Shown: positions 26,458 to 39,152, numbered from the stretch's first letter. The stretch is DNA of 64,000 nucleotides from Polyangiales bacterium (GCA_038230375.1 JBBRNJ010000053.1:1-64000), one strand, 5' to 3'. The notes: a model not told the origin generated them from the letters alone. A program made the numbers and translations.

Positions 26458-27006
26458 TCAGTGATGCTCGGGAGCGGCGGGGTCGTGCTCCGGCGTGGTG
26501 GCTCCGCCGTGCTCCGTGCCGTGCTCTCCGCCGCCCTTCTTCTGGGCTTCTTCCCACTCTTCGCTGTCCTTCTTCTGCGCTTCTTCGGCCTTCGGGATGT
26601 CGAAGCCACCAGGCGCCTGGAGGCCGGTGCGCGGCTCGAAGTGTACGTTGTTCAGCGGGTCGAACTCGCCGCGGTGCTCGGTGTCGTTCATGGTGTAGAC
26701 GAAGAAGACACCGATGAAGAGGAGCCCGCACACGAACATGAGCGCGTGGAACCGGTTGTCGTGGCGAAGGTGCATGAAGAACGTCACGACCAGAGACGCC
26801 TTCAAGGTCGCGATGATGATGACGACGAGCAGGTTCAGCTTGCCGAGCTCGACGTAGGACTGACCGACCGTCAGCACCGTCAGCATCATGAGCCCGATGA
26901 AGATCGCGATGTAGAAGAACGGCGACGAGATGTGCGAGTGCACCGCACCGTCATCGTGCGCGTGTCCAGAGGCGTGGCCGTGGTCCGACATCGATTCAGT
27001 CTCCAT
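26458..27006 (-). CDS. Cytochrome c oxidase subunit IV family protein (prokaryotic)
   Basis: LMMLTVLTV, KASLVVTFFMHL motif, three TM helices, His-rich termini. Confidence 0.85.
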   Translation of the reverse strand: METESMSDHGHASGHAHDDGAVHSHISSPFFYIAIFIGLMMLTVLTVGQSYVELGKLNLLVVIIIATLKASLVVTFFMHLRHDNRFHALMFVCGLLFIGVFFVYTMNDTEHRGEFDPLNNVHFEPRTGLQAPGGFDIPKAEEAQKKDSEEWEEAQKKGGGEHGTEHGGATTPEHDPAAPEHH

Positions 27007-27164
27007 CAAGAGCACGGCAACGGAGCCGCACTACACGAGCCCTTTATAGGGCGAGGACCATCCGGCGCACAACTGTTGTCGGCATGATTTCTGGGTCTGC
27101 AGCTGAAGATCCCCATGCGGATAGGGGCCGTTACGCGCCCATTTCGCGCAAATTTCGCGCGCGC

Positions 27165-27842
27165 TCACCAGGTGACGCCCGTCGTGAGCCCGAAGCGGTG
27201 CACGCCGTCCACGTCCGGAATGAAGAACGCGTGCACGGGCACGTAGAAGGTTCCAACGCGCGGCGTCCAGCCGGCCGCGACGATCGTGTGTGCCTCGCTG
27301 CCCTTGAGCGGCTCCAGGTGCACGCCAAGGCCCACCTGGAAGTTGTTGTTGAACTCACCGCCGAGCAGCAGGTTGCCGCTCGGGAAGAAGTGGCTCTCCT
27401 CCAGGCCCGCGACGTTCGCGTTCGCCACCATGATCACGTTGAGCCACGAGTGGCCGACGACGCGATAGAAGGCCTCGTAGCCGACCAGGAAGTGATGCGG
27501 CGAGCGCATGTCCACCTTCTGCTGGAGGCTCTGCCCGTCGAACGCGGCGATCTGCTTGTCGTAGTTGAGCGTCGCCGAGTAGCCGATGCGGAAGCCGTGC
27601 ATCAGCGTCCCGTCGTTGGGGTTGTATTCTACAGGTGTTGCCGGAGCGACCGTCACCTTGTCATGCTGCTGGGGCTTGACGCACGGGTCGGGTGCCTCGC
27701 ACGGATGCGGCAACGGCTCCAGCGGAGCAGGCTCTGGCGACTGTGCGTGGGCACCGGTGGCCGCGAGGGAGACGGCGAGCACGAGCGCGAAGGAAGCGAC
27801 ATGGATGAGGGCGCGGGGATTCTTAAGCGTGAGGTTCATCAT
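27165..27842 (-). CDS. Exported protein, probable outer-membrane beta-barrel
   Basis: Signal peptide ending AHA-Q, alternating beta-strand pattern, terminal aromatic residue (GLTTGVTW). Confidence 0.7.
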   Translation of the reverse strand: MMNLTLKNPRALIHVASFALVLAVSLAATGAHAQSPEPAPLEPLPHPCEAPDPCVKPQQHDKVTVAPATPVEYNPNDGTLMHGFRIGYSATLNYDKQIAAFDGQSLQQKVDMRSPHHFLVGYEAFYRVVGHSWLNVIMVANANVAGLEESHFFPSGNLLLGGEFNNNFQVGLGVHLEPLKGSEAHTIVAAGWTPRVGTFYVPVHAFFIPDVDGVHRFGLTTGVTW

Positions 27843-27854
27843 GCAGTACCCAGG

Positions 27855-27870
27855 AGCACGCGTCGCGCCA
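27855..27870 (-). promoter_or_regulatory. Sigma54 (-24/-12) promoter
   Basis: TGGCGCG-ACGC-GTGCT (GG-N10-GC) directly upstream of the 27842 gene. Confidence 0.65.
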
Positions 27871-27923
27871 TCGAGAATTTCCCTGTATTCGTGCATCCCC
27901 CCCACCTCGCGCGAGCAGCGGGC

Positions 27924-27961
27924 TGCACACGCGTGTGCACGCTCTTGCGCACACGAATGCC
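27924..27961. promoter_or_regulatory. Tandem enhancer-like sites
   Basis: Perfect palindrome TGCACA-CGCG-TGTGCA and degenerate TGCGCA-CACG-AATGCC, starts 22 bp apart. Confidence 0.6.
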
Positions 27962-27975
27962 GGGACCGCACGCGG

Positions 27976-29731
27976 CTACGGCGCCAGGCCGTCGCCGATC
28001 ACCGGCAGCCCGATCGCCTGGCGGAACGCGAAGAAGATCTCCACGGGCGGCACGTCGGAGGGCAAGGGGCGGAGCGAGAGCGGGAACCCGACGTCGAGCC
28101 GCAGCGCAACGCGCGCGACCTGCGGAAAGACCGCGCGCGCGCCAACGCCCGCGCTGTGCCGCAGCTGTATCTGGTCCAGACCGCCGGGCGCGTCACCCAC
28201 GTCGTAGAACGCTGCGCCGCCGAGCTGCACCGACGTCAGAGAGAACGCAGGCGTGCGGTACTCGACGTTCGCAGCGACGAGATCGCGCCCGGCCAGGAAC
28301 CGCGTCGGGTAGCCGCGCAGGAGCGACTCGCCGCCAAGGAACGACTCGACGTTGAGATAGTTGCGGACGCGATCGAGCGCGGTCACGGAGGCGACGAAGC
28401 GACCAAAGCCCAGTCTTGGCGTGGCGAACCCGAGCTGGCCCTTCACCGACGCGTCCGAGATGCGATCGATGTCCTTCTCGACCGTGGTCTCCAGCGTTGC
28501 ACGCACGAGCCCGTCGCGAAACGGAACGCCGTAGGCAAGAGCACCGTACACGCCAAGGATGTCACGCGTGGAGCCGAGCGCGTGCACCGGCGCGTACGCT
28601 CGGAGCCATACGTCGTGGCCAAGGCGGTTGTCTTCCTGGAGCGACAGCGAGTCGAGATCGATCGTGCGCAAGAAGTCGCTCGAGTACGCATGCCATTGCA
28701 CGAACGGCCCGACGCGCGCCTCTCCGACGGGGACAGCGGCGCGGTAGAACTCCGCGATGGAGGCAGAGTCCGATGCGTCATCCGGCACGCGGTATACGGA
28801 GCGCGACACACCCACGCCGACCGAGAAATCGTGCTTGTTTTCCCATCCAAACGAGCGTGTGAGCTTTGCTTGCTCGCTCACGGTGCGCTCGCGATAGACC
28901 CACGGCACCAAGGCCGCGTCGGGCGCGGACGGCGTGAACGTGGTCACCTTCGCGTCCACGTAGCGGCGGGTGACCTGGTCCTTCCAGACGATGCCCGTGG
29001 ACCACGCCCACTCGGCGCGCGACGAGTGGAGCGGCTGCTTGATGCTCGCCGTGCCGTAGCTTCCTTCGGGCGTGCCGCGGTCGCGCTCGAAGATGACGTT
29101 GCCGTCCACGTAGAGGTCCAGGAAGCGGCCGTCCAGCCGCGGGATCTCGTAGCTCGCGCCGAGCGAGTACGACTTCGGCTGGAGCACGAACCGCGTGAGG
29201 GCGATCTGCTGGAGGCCGGCGACGTTGGTCTCCTTCGGTTCCAGATCGAGCAGCTCCAGGCCACCAGCGGTCACCGCGAGGTCGAAGTCCACGTAGAGGC
29301 TCCACACGTCCTTCGTGATCACGACCAGGCGAACCTTGTCCTCCGTTGAGCCCTTCATGGCGACGGCGACCACGAGCGACAGCTGCGGCAAGAGTCGCAA
29401 GTTCCGCGCGGACTCGTCGACCGTCACCTTCGAGAACGTGTCCCCCTCCTTGACCAGGAGCTCGTGACGAAGGACGTGCTCGCGCGATGTGGCGTGCACG
29501 GCATCCATCGCGATCGGAAGCGGATCATGCAGATCGATCGGATCGAGCCGGACGAAGTCGATGCGCTCGATGGTCTTCCCTTCCGGAGACGGATCGAGCG
29601 ACGTGTGGAGACCCGCTGCGGCATCGGCGATCGCGGTCTCCTCGTACGCGGAGTAGCGCCCCGACAGCGCGCGTGGCTCTGCCCAGGCCGTGCGCGCAAG
29701 GCCAAGGACGAGCGCAAGAGCGACGACGCGC

Positions 29732-29751
<20 letters not shown>
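27976..29751 (-). CDS. Omp85 (BamA/TamA-like) outer-membrane protein
   Basis: POTRA-like 'HVLRHELLVKEGD..ESARNLR..VITKDVWSL', LLRGY motif, ANVEYR, AFYDVGDA. Confidence 0.8.
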
Positions 29752-31099
<1,348 letters not shown>

Positions 31100-31109
31100 C
31101 TGTATTGCC

Positions 31110-32609
31110 TCAGCCCGAAGGTAGCTGAATTCGCACGACCGTCCCCTTGCCAACCTTGCTATCGAGCGACACCGAGCCGCGGTGGGCCTGGGCGACCCGC
31201 CGCACGAATGCGAGACCCAGGCCGGTTCCGTCGGGCTTCGTCGTGTAGAACTCGTCGAAGGCGCGCTCCACCTTTCGCGCGTCCATTCCGTGGCCTGCGT
31301 CCGTGATGGTGAGCGCGACTCCCTCCGGTGCGTCGATGCGCTCGGTGCAGACGGTCAGCTTGCCTCCGTCCGGCATCGCCTCGAGCGCGTTGTGGATCAC
31401 GTTCTGGATGGCCTGCGTGACCAGGTCTGGGTCGACGCTGCACATGGGCAGATCCTTCGCGAGCGTGGACTCCACGGTCACCTCTGCGGCGCTGGCGAAG
31501 GGCGAAAGCGCGATCGCGCCTCGCACCACGTCGTTCACGTCCACGCGGCGAAGCACTGGCTGGACGCGGCCCACGCGCTGGTAGTCGTCCACCACGCGGT
31601 GCATGCGATCGACCTCGCCCAGCATCACGTCGATGAACTCGTGCTGCACGTCGAGCGACCGGCCCTGCGCGCGCTCCTCCTTCATGAACTGCAGCGCGCC
31701 CTTGATGGTCGCCAGGGGGTTCTTGAGATCGTGCGCCATCTGGTTCGAGAATCGACCGAGCGTCGCGAGCTCCGAGGCGCGCCCGCGCTGCACCGCAAAC
31801 GACGAGACGACCTCACGGACAGCGGCACCCACCACCACGGTGACGGTGACTGTCGCGAGCGCGAGCGCCGCGACGTTGCCGCCGAGCAGCGAGAAGACCA
31901 TCAGGTATGCCACCAGGCTCACGATCGCGAGCGACACCGTGTAGACCGCCGTGGAGAGCGACAGATCGCGATCGAAGAAGCGGAAGCGGAACGCAGCAAG
32001 CGAGATGAGAAGGGTCGCGAGCAGCGCCCCGAGCGGCGCGATCTTCGGCAGATTGAAGCCAACCTCCGCCAGCTCATCGACCGTGGCTGCCGCGCTGCCC
32101 ACGGCGAGCGCCGCGAGGATGATGCGCGTGCGCGCCTTCTCGCCCGCATCTGCGACGCGCACCAGGTGACGCACGAGGAGGAACGTGATCAGCGCGAGCG
32201 TCGGCGCCCATTCAGCAAGGAAGACCTCGTGCCACACCGGGGAGTCCAGCCACGCGCGCCCCCATCGCGAGCCGAAGCCAACGGCAGAAGACAGTGCGAG
32301 CGCGCCGAACGCCACGTAGGCGGCGACGACCGCGCGACCGTAGCTTCGTCGCGCGCCGACGAACGTGACGATGAAATGGAGCGTGAGCGGCCCCGCCATG
32401 GCGGTGGTGACCGAGTCCACGTAGCTGAAGAGCTCGGAGTTGTTCGTGACCTTGCGCGCGAGCGGCGCGAAGCAGAAGCCGAATATGTCGAAGCAGAGGA
32501 GCGCGAGCGGAAGCGACACGGGGCTCTTTCGGCCACGCGCGATGCTGAGCACGCCCAGGGTGAGGTTCCCGAGCGACGCGATCAGGAACATCCACTCGGT
32601 CGCGCGCAT
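31110..32609 (-). CDS. Membrane sensor histidine kinase (multi-TM N-terminus)
   Basis: AHDLKNPL H-box, NALEA N-box, DAGHG, FYTTK, GTGLGL. Confidence 0.93.
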   Translation of the reverse strand: MRATEWMFLIASLGNLTLGVLSIARGRKSPVSLPLALLCFDIFGFCFAPLARKVTNNSELFSYVDSVTTAMAGPLTLHFIVTFVGARRSYGRAVVAAYVAFGALALSSAVGFGSRWGRAWLDSPVWHEVFLAEWAPTLALITFLLVRHLVRVADAGEKARTRIILAALAVGSAAATVDELAEVGFNLPKIAPLGALLATLLISLAAFRFRFFDRDLSLSTAVYTVSLAIVSLVAYLMVFSLLGGNVAALALATVTVTVVVGAAVREVVSSFAVQRGRASELATLGRFSNQMAHDLKNPLATIKGALQFMKEERAQGRSLDVQHEFIDVMLGEVDRMHRVVDDYQRVGRVQPVLRRVDVNDVVRGAIALSPFASAAEVTVESTLAKDLPMCSVDPDLVTQAIQNVIHNALEAMPDGGKLTVCTERIDAPEGVALTITDAGHGMDARKVERAFDEFYTTKPDGTGLGLAFVRRVAQAHRGSVSLDSKVGKGTVVRIQLPSG

Positions 32610-32648
32610 GAGGGAAGGTATATCGAGGAGATCACGAAGAGGACAACC

Positions 32649-32664
32649 TGCACGAGGCGTTCCA
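32649..32664 (-). promoter_or_regulatory. Sigma54 (-24/-12) promoter of the HK-RR-Omp85 operon
   Basis: TGGAACG-CCTC-GTGCA (GG-N10-GC). Confidence 0.65.
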
Positions 32665-32716
32665 CGCCGGGATGCAGGCGATTTCTCCCTTGCAGAGCAC
32701 GGACCACGGGCAGCGG

Positions 32717-32754
32717 TCTTCACACCTGTGCAATGGCGTGCACACACCTGTGCG
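32717..32754. promoter_or_regulatory. Tandem enhancer-like sites
   Basis: TCTTCA-CACC-TGTGCA and TGCACA-CACC-TGTGCG, starts 22 bp apart, matching the 27924/27946 pair. Confidence 0.6.
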
Positions 32755-32798
32755 CGAGAGCCGCTCAGCCTTGAGAGGAAACGACCGTCCACAGGGAC

Positions 32799-35093
32799 GT
32801 GAGCCTCCGCAGTTCTCCCCGGCGTATCCTGTTCCTTGGCGCGCGCATCACACTCTTCCTGGCCAGTGCCGCGTGCAGCGCGAGCTCTCCAGACGGGGCC
32901 GACGCCACGCAGTGCGCCACCCCGGGCCAGTGCGCGTCCGGCCGCAACAGCGGCGACGGGGGCGCGCCCGCGAACGAGACGGTCCCGTCGTCCGTCGCGT
33001 GCGTCACATCACCCCCCGTCGTGGACGAAGCCGCATGCGCGCCGAGGATGAGTCCCGCTGATTTGCTCGACACCGCGCTCACCAGGGTGTCACGCGACCG
33101 ATGCTCCTTCGGGCACACGCTGTCGGCACTGGAGACGAGCAAGCTCGACGTCGCCGACCCGCGCGCGTTCGCGACCATGGCTCCGCTGCTACAGCGCTCA
33201 CTCGACATGCCTGCGTACGGCGCCGCGCTCGCGAAGGACCTGGATGATGCGCTCGCGTCGACCACGCCGGTCACGCGCGCGATCGCCGCGGCGGCCCCGC
33301 GTCGTGGCGCGCCGGTCTCCGCGTGCGAGGACGCGGCGTGGTACGGAACGCGCGCGGGCGACCCTGCCCCACTTGCAACCGCACTTCTCGACGTGGGCGC
33401 TCCAGCACAGGACACGAGCAAGGTCCCGCGCGCGCTCCAGTCCGCGCTTGCGCCGATCGTCCGCGCCATGGCCGCGGCCACGAAGGAGGTGCTGGCCGCG
33501 CGCAAGCTGGACACAGTCACGCTCGACTACCTTGCCACGGTGCCCACGTGGATGCTCGGCGTCCGTCACTTCGAGCTGAACGCAGACATGCTCTCCGCGC
33601 TGGACGCGGTCGACGTGGACGCGATCGTGAGGTCGGCAGCGCGCGTCGCGCTGGTCGTGGAGGGCGCGAAGCTCTCACGGTTCGCCGAGGTGAAGCTTCC
33701 CGACGTGACGCTCACCGCGCCGTTCGGTCGCATCGTGCTGCGAGGCTCCGATTCACGGACGTACGAGCCTGATGGTGACGCGAACGGAGCTGCGTTTCTG
33801 CTGGATACTGGCGGCGATGATGTCTATCGCATCGCCACGGGCACGAGCACAGTGGCGGTTCCGATCGCGGTCGCGGTCGATCTGGGCGGGCGCGACACCT
33901 ACGCGTACGCGGAGTCACCCGTGCCGGAGGACAACGTCGGCCGGCGCCTCCCGAGCGACGGATCCGGACGCGTGTCGAACGATGGGCGCACGCTGTCGCG
34001 AACGCCACGGCAAGGCGCGGGCGTGCTCGGCGTGGGGTTGCTGTTCGATCTGGGCGGCGATGCGGACACCTATCGGTCCCTCGTGGGCTCGCAGGGCATG
34101 GGCTCGCACGGCGTGGGCGTGCTGCTGGACGACGGAGGGGACGACACGTACGTCGCCGAGGGATTCTCGCAGGGCGCAGCCGCGTGGGGTCTCGGCCTCG
34201 CGCTGGATCTTGGCGGCAATGACAAGCGCACGCTGTACACGTCGGGTCAGGGCTTTGGCTTCACGAAGGGCGTGGGCGCCATCGTCGACGCAAAGGGCGA
34301 TGACTCGTACGTGGCGATCGCTGGTTCGTGGAGCGGCGCTCCGAGCTCGCTCGCGGGTGACATGCTGTACCCGAGCGCACAGCTCCCCGGTCCGCCCGCA
34401 TCGCCCATCGCCGGCAACTGGTCGCTCTCGCAAGGCGTGGGCGCGGGACACAGGCCGGACTGGCCGGATCCGGGCTTCCCCTTCCCAGGCGGCATCGGCG
34501 TGCTTCGCGATGCATCTGGCAACGACACGTACGGCGCGGGCGTGTTCGCGCAAGGCGCTGGCTTCGTGCAGGGCCTGGGCATGCTGCTGGACGACGCGGG
34601 CGACGACGCGTACGACGCGCTCTACTACGCACAAGGCTCCGCGGCGCACATGGGCCTTGCGCTCTTCGATGATCGCGCAGGCAACGACCGCTACGATACC
34701 CACGTGCCTCTGCAGGCGGCGGCCCTGGGATTTGCGCACGATCTGTCCAGCGCCGTGCACCTGGACGAGGCCGGCAATGACACCTATGCCGCCACCGGTC
34801 TCACGCTCGGCGTGTCGGAGGACAACGGCACCGCGCTCTTCGTGAACGCCGGCGGCGCCGACTCTTTCGTCGCGGCGGGCGCCTGTCTGGGCGTGGCGCT
34901 GATGGAGACCACGCTCACGGAGGCGCGCCAGATGCTGCCCACCGTCGCGGTGTTCCTGAAGGCCGGCGGCACGGCGACCTACAAGATCGATCAGAAGAGC
35001 GTCTCGCACGCCGGCAAGAGCTGGGGCGATGAGCGCGATGGCCGCAACGCCACGGGCATGGACCAGCCTACGGGCAAGGTCACGTTGCGCTGA
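32799..35093 (+). CDS. Large lipoprotein with about 11 D-x-x-G-x-D-x-Y repeats (predicted beta-solenoid)
   Basis: SAAC lipobox; DTGGDDVY, DLGGRDTY, DDGGDDTY, DAKGDDSY, DASGNDTY, DDAGDDAY, DRAGNDRY, DEAGNDTY interleaved with SQGxG. Confidence 0.8.
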   Translation: MSLRSSPRRILFLGARITLFLASAACSASSPDGADATQCATPGQCASGRNSGDGGAPANETVPSSVACVTSPPVVDEAACAPRMSPADLLDTALTRVSRDRCSFGHTLSALETSKLDVADPRAFATMAPLLQRSLDMPAYGAALAKDLDDALASTTPVTRAIAAAAPRRGAPVSACEDAAWYGTRAGDPAPLATALLDVGAPAQDTSKVPRALQSALAPIVRAMAAATKEVLAARKLDTVTLDYLATVPTWMLGVRHFELNADMLSALDAVDVDAIVRSAARVALVVEGAKLSRFAEVKLPDVTLTAPFGRIVLRGSDSRTYEPDGDANGAAFLLDTGGDDVYRIATGTSTVAVPIAVAVDLGGRDTYAYAESPVPEDNVGRRLPSDGSGRVSNDGRTLSRTPRQGAGVLGVGLLFDLGGDADTYRSLVGSQGMGSHGVGVLLDDGGDDTYVAEGFSQGAAAWGLGLALDLGGNDKRTLYTSGQGFGFTKGVGAIVDAKGDDSYVAIAGSWSGAPSSLAGDMLYPSAQLPGPPASPIAGNWSLSQGVGAGHRPDWPDPGFPFPGGIGVLRDASGNDTYGAGVFAQGAGFVQGLGMLLDDAGDDAYDALYYAQGSAAHMGLALFDDRAGNDRYDTHVPLQAAALGFAHDLSSAVHLDEAGNDTYAATGLTLGVSEDNGTALFVNAGGADSFVAAGACLGVALMETTLTEARQMLPTVAVFLKAGGTATYKIDQKSVSHAGKSWGDERDGRNATGMDQPTGKVTLR

Positions 35094-35132
35094 CACGACG
35101 CCCACTCCCGCTCGCCGAGAGAGCCGCGGTCC

Positions 35133-35591
35133 TCAGCGCTGCCTCGGCCGTCCACGGAGCGCGTGCTTCTTCGGGGCGCTCACGGCACGCGGCGATGCGG
35201 TCGCGTAGACGCGCACGCCGCTGTTCTCCTTCCGTACCAGCTTGCCGTCCGACATGAGCGTGTCCACGGCACTGTTGAACGCGAAATGCCGGCCCTTCAT
35301 GAGCAGCCCGTCGAGCCACCACACCAGGTTGTCCGCGGGCATGGGCGCGCCGTGCAGCTGCTCGAACTTTGCGACCTCCTCCAGGATGGCGATCGCGAGC
35401 TCCGCCTCCGTGCGCGGACCGAGCTGACGGCGCACACCGCGCAGCAGGATCATGCGCGCGAGCCCGGCGGGAGTGACGCTGCGGTGGTCCGCCAGCTCCT
35501 TCACCTCCGCCAGCTCCTCCGCGGAGAGACGGATGTTGAGCTGCAGCTCACGCGCTTGCTTGTCGTCGTCCCGGGCCATGTCCTCGAGCAT
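35133..35591 (-). CDS. Putative DNA-binding protein (ribbon-helix-helix-like N-terminus)
   Basis: QLNIRLSAEELAEVKELADHRSVTPAGLARMIL; GGAGG upstream of ATG 35591. Confidence 0.65.
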   Translation of the reverse strand: MLEDMARDDDKQARELQLNIRLSAEELAEVKELADHRSVTPAGLARMILLRGVRRQLGPRTEAELAIAILEEVAKFEQLHGAPMPADNLVWWLDGLLMKGRHFAFNSAVDTLMSDGKLVRKENSGVRVYATASPRAVSAPKKHALRGRPRQR

Positions 35592-35610
35592 ATGCGCCTC
35601 CGTTCCTGTT

Positions 35611-35650
35611 ATAGCAAATGATATCAATAGTATCACTTGATAGAAATAGC
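35611..35650. promoter_or_regulatory. AT-rich operator-like region
   Basis: Palindromes TGATATCA (35619-35626) and TATCA-CT-TGATA (35631-35642) in an otherwise GC-rich context. Confidence 0.5.
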
Positions 35651-35718
35651 GCAAGCCACGAAGCTCAGCATGTTGGGGCAATTGCCCGCCCGTGCGATGC
35701 GCGCTAGTGAGGGCGCTC

Positions 35719-36816
<1,098 letters not shown>

Positions 36817-36834
36817 AGCGCGTCTTCCTGCTGG

Positions 36835-37545
36835 TCATCGCGGCTTCGCGCCCATCGCAACTCCAATGGAGGATGCGATGGGCTCGTTGCTCACTGCGCC
36901 CACGGGAACGGACGGCGTGATGAAGAAGCGCCCTTGCACGCCAAGGGTGCCGGCCTGGCTGACGTTCTCGACGACGCCGTCGATCACGGTCGCGATCCGC
37001 GCCTTCGGATGGGCCTTCGCGAACGCCTCGTAGCGCTCTCTGGATGCTGGCATGAGGTCGACGACGACGTGCGCGTGGAGGGGGTCAGTGTCCTCGTCGT
37101 ACCAGATCTGCGGATCCGTGAAGTCCGCGCTGGCGAGGAGCACGGGCGTGCTCGTGAGCCAGCTGCGCACGGACGTGGGGCCGTGGAAACCCGTGGCGTC
37201 ATCCGGTCCGCAGCGCGCGGTCATGCCCGCGGGGGTCGCAAGGCCACGCGAGAGCAGTCGCGTGCATGCGCCGACCACGGTGTCGCCCGGCAACAGACGA
37301 GCGCGCAAGGGCGGCTCTCCTTCCACGACGGGGAGGACCTCGATCATGGGGCGACGTGAGGCACGGGACGGGCTCGCGCTCGCGCTGGGTGGCAGCAGCG
37401 GCGCTGCCGATGTCGCGGACGACGGCGCGCGAGCCGGTGTGGGCGGGTCGATGGTCCCGCCGCGCCCGCAGTCGAGCACCGCGAGCGCCGCCAGCGCGGG
37501 CAAGGCGGCGAAGATCAGGTACGGATGCGAGCGCAGGTCGTGCAA
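36835..37545 (-). CDS. Lipoprotein with SecDF head-like subdomain
   Basis: AVLDC lipobox; VVVDL..FAKAHPKARIATVIDGVV resembles the SecD P1 head; TTG start uncertain. Confidence 0.5.
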   Translation of the reverse strand: MHDLRSHPYLIFAALPALAALAVLDCGRGGTIDPPTPARAPSSATSAAPLLPPSASASPSRASRRPMIEVLPVVEGEPPLRARLLPGDTVVGACTRLLSRGLATPAGMTARCGPDDATGFHGPTSVRSWLTSTPVLLASADFTDPQIWYDEDTDPLHAHVVVDLMPASRERYEAFAKAHPKARIATVIDGVVENVSQAGTLGVQGRFFITPSVPVGAVSNEPIASSIGVAMGAKPR

Positions 37546-37630
37546 GCCTTCAGCGTAGCGGAAGCCGAGCACGTTCCCCGCGAAGACCTCCGAGCTGGAC
37601 GCGATGGCCGCGACGCGGTCGAATGGGTCC

Positions 37631-39100
37631 ATGAGGCGAGCCATCGCGGCCGGACTTCTGCTCGCGGCGTGCGCGCCGACACCAGCGACGCGTCCAACGC
37701 GAGCCTCGACTTCGACACCGACGTCGACTTCGACACCGACTTCGACTTCGACCTCGACTTCGACTTCGACACCGACCACCAACCTCGGCGAGCTTCACGA
37801 GATCTTTCGTGTTGCCGCGTGGGATGCCGCGATCGTGGGTGGGGCGGTGGTTATGGCCGATCCGGGTCTTGACTCGATCTCGGCGTTCGAGGCGACGACT
37901 GGCGCGCGGCGGTGGAAGACGATGGTGGCGCCGAGCACACGGGGTGGGCGGCACACCCTGCACGTTCGCGCCTCTGCGGCGAACGAGGTCCTCTACTGGG
38001 CAGGCAACAACATGCACCGGATCGACGTGTCCACCGGGCGGCTGCTCTCCACCGAGGCGGTGCCTATCAACGGTGACTGCTCCTTCTCGCAGTCCGGGAC
38101 CGCTTGTGCCTTCGCGTGCTCGTGCCGCGTGCAGCTCGCGGCGTGCGACAGTGGCAAGACGATCGGCGCGCCGTTCAAGAAGACCTATGTAGAGATGTTC
38201 GGCCACGACGGAGAGGCGCCGCACGCGGGCTGCTTCGGCTTTGGCGTGGGGCTGATCGGTGGAGGCGCGGGCATTGGCGTGTTCGAGGTCGAGGACCCGG
38301 CGGCGCAGCACAGCTCGATCTCCGGTTACCCCCACGTCATCGTCGGCGTGGACCTCGCGACGGGAAACGAGCGGTGGCGCTCCGCAGCCCTTGCGCACTT
38401 GTCGGCGTACGACTCGGGCGTCGTCGGCGATCGCGCGTTCCGTGGGGGCCACGAGGGTGAGCTCGATCTCTTCGACGTCAGGGATGGGCACGTTCTCCAC
38501 CATCGCAACGGCAAGCACGTCGATGGCCTCGTGCCCCGCCACCTCGTGATCGCGGACGCGGTGCGCTCGCAGCTCTTCTTCTCGTTCGAGCAAGAGTCGG
38601 CGCTCATGGACACGACGAAGGGCACCATCCTCTGGCGAGCCACCCTTCCCGCCGACGCGTGGGGCACAGTCGAGGGAGGCAGCGTGGCGGAGTACCGTGT
38701 GGACGCAGGCGACAAGCCGCTGTCGCTCTTGGTGCTCGACCGACGCACCGGAGCCGTCAAGGGCCGCGTGCCGCTGCCGCCGAGGAGCAGCGTGCGGGAG
38801 GCCGCGGACGGCGGCTTCTACGTGCTGGGCAAGGAGCTCGTAGCGTACGACAAGAGCGGCGCCGAGCACGCGCGGCTCTCCACGGTGTCGCCGCCAAATC
38901 TGCGCGTCGGCAGCGACTGGGCGTCACTCTTCTCGAACGAGGAGCTCGCGATCCTGGACGCGCGAGATCTCCATCGCGTCGCCCTGCTCGCGGGCTCGTA
39001 CGCGGTACAGCCGCAGAGCTCGCTCGCGGCGCAGATGCTCGTCTATCGATTCAGCGGCGACGACCGGCACGCAGGTGAGGCCATCGTCCTCTCCAGGTAG
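37631..39100 (+). CDS. PQQ-like beta-propeller lipoprotein
   Basis: LAAC lipobox, TS-rich linker, repeats AFEATTGARRW, GVDLATGNERW, MDTTKGTILW. Confidence 0.78.
   Translation: MRRAIAAGLLLAACAPTPATRPTRASTSTPTSTSTPTSTSTSTSTSTPTTNLGELHEIFRVAAWDAAIVGGAVVMADPGLDSISAFEATTGARRWKTMVAPSTRGGRHTLHVRASAANEVLYWAGNNMHRIDVSTGRLLSTEAVPINGDCSFSQSGTACAFACSCRVQLAACDSGKTIGAPFKKTYVEMFGHDGEAPHAGCFGFGVGLIGGGAGIGVFEVEDPAAQHSSISGYPHVIVGVDLATGNERWRSAALAHLSAYDSGVVGDRAFRGGHEGELDLFDVRDGHVLHHRNGKHVDGLVPRHLVIADAVRSQLFFSFEQESALMDTTKGTILWRATLPADAWGTVEGGSVAEYRVDAGDKPLSLLVLDRRTGAVKGRVPLPPRSSVREAADGGFYVLGKELVAYDKSGAEHARLSTVSPPNLRVGSDWASLFSNEELAILDARDLHRVALLAGSYAVQPQSSLAAQMLVYRFSGDDRHAGEAIVLSR
37706..37776 (+). repeat. Degenerate 6-bp tandem repeat (TCGACT/CCGACN) encoding an ST/PT linker
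   Basis: Read directly. Confidence 0.85.
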
Positions 39101-39152
39101 CTCGGCGACGCGGCGGTAGGTGTGACGACCCGAAACGGTCTATCCTGGGTTC

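Noticed and set aside
32734..32749. Plus-strand TGGCGTG as a sigma54 promoter for the 32799 gene
   Set aside because: No GC at the -12 position (GG-N10-CC); the sequence is better explained as part of the enhancer pair
37706..37776. Short tandem repeats (also 11166-11228 and 59330-59407) considered as a CRISPR array
   Set aside because: Units are 6-9 bp with no spacers, lie in frame within protein linkers, and no cas genes are present
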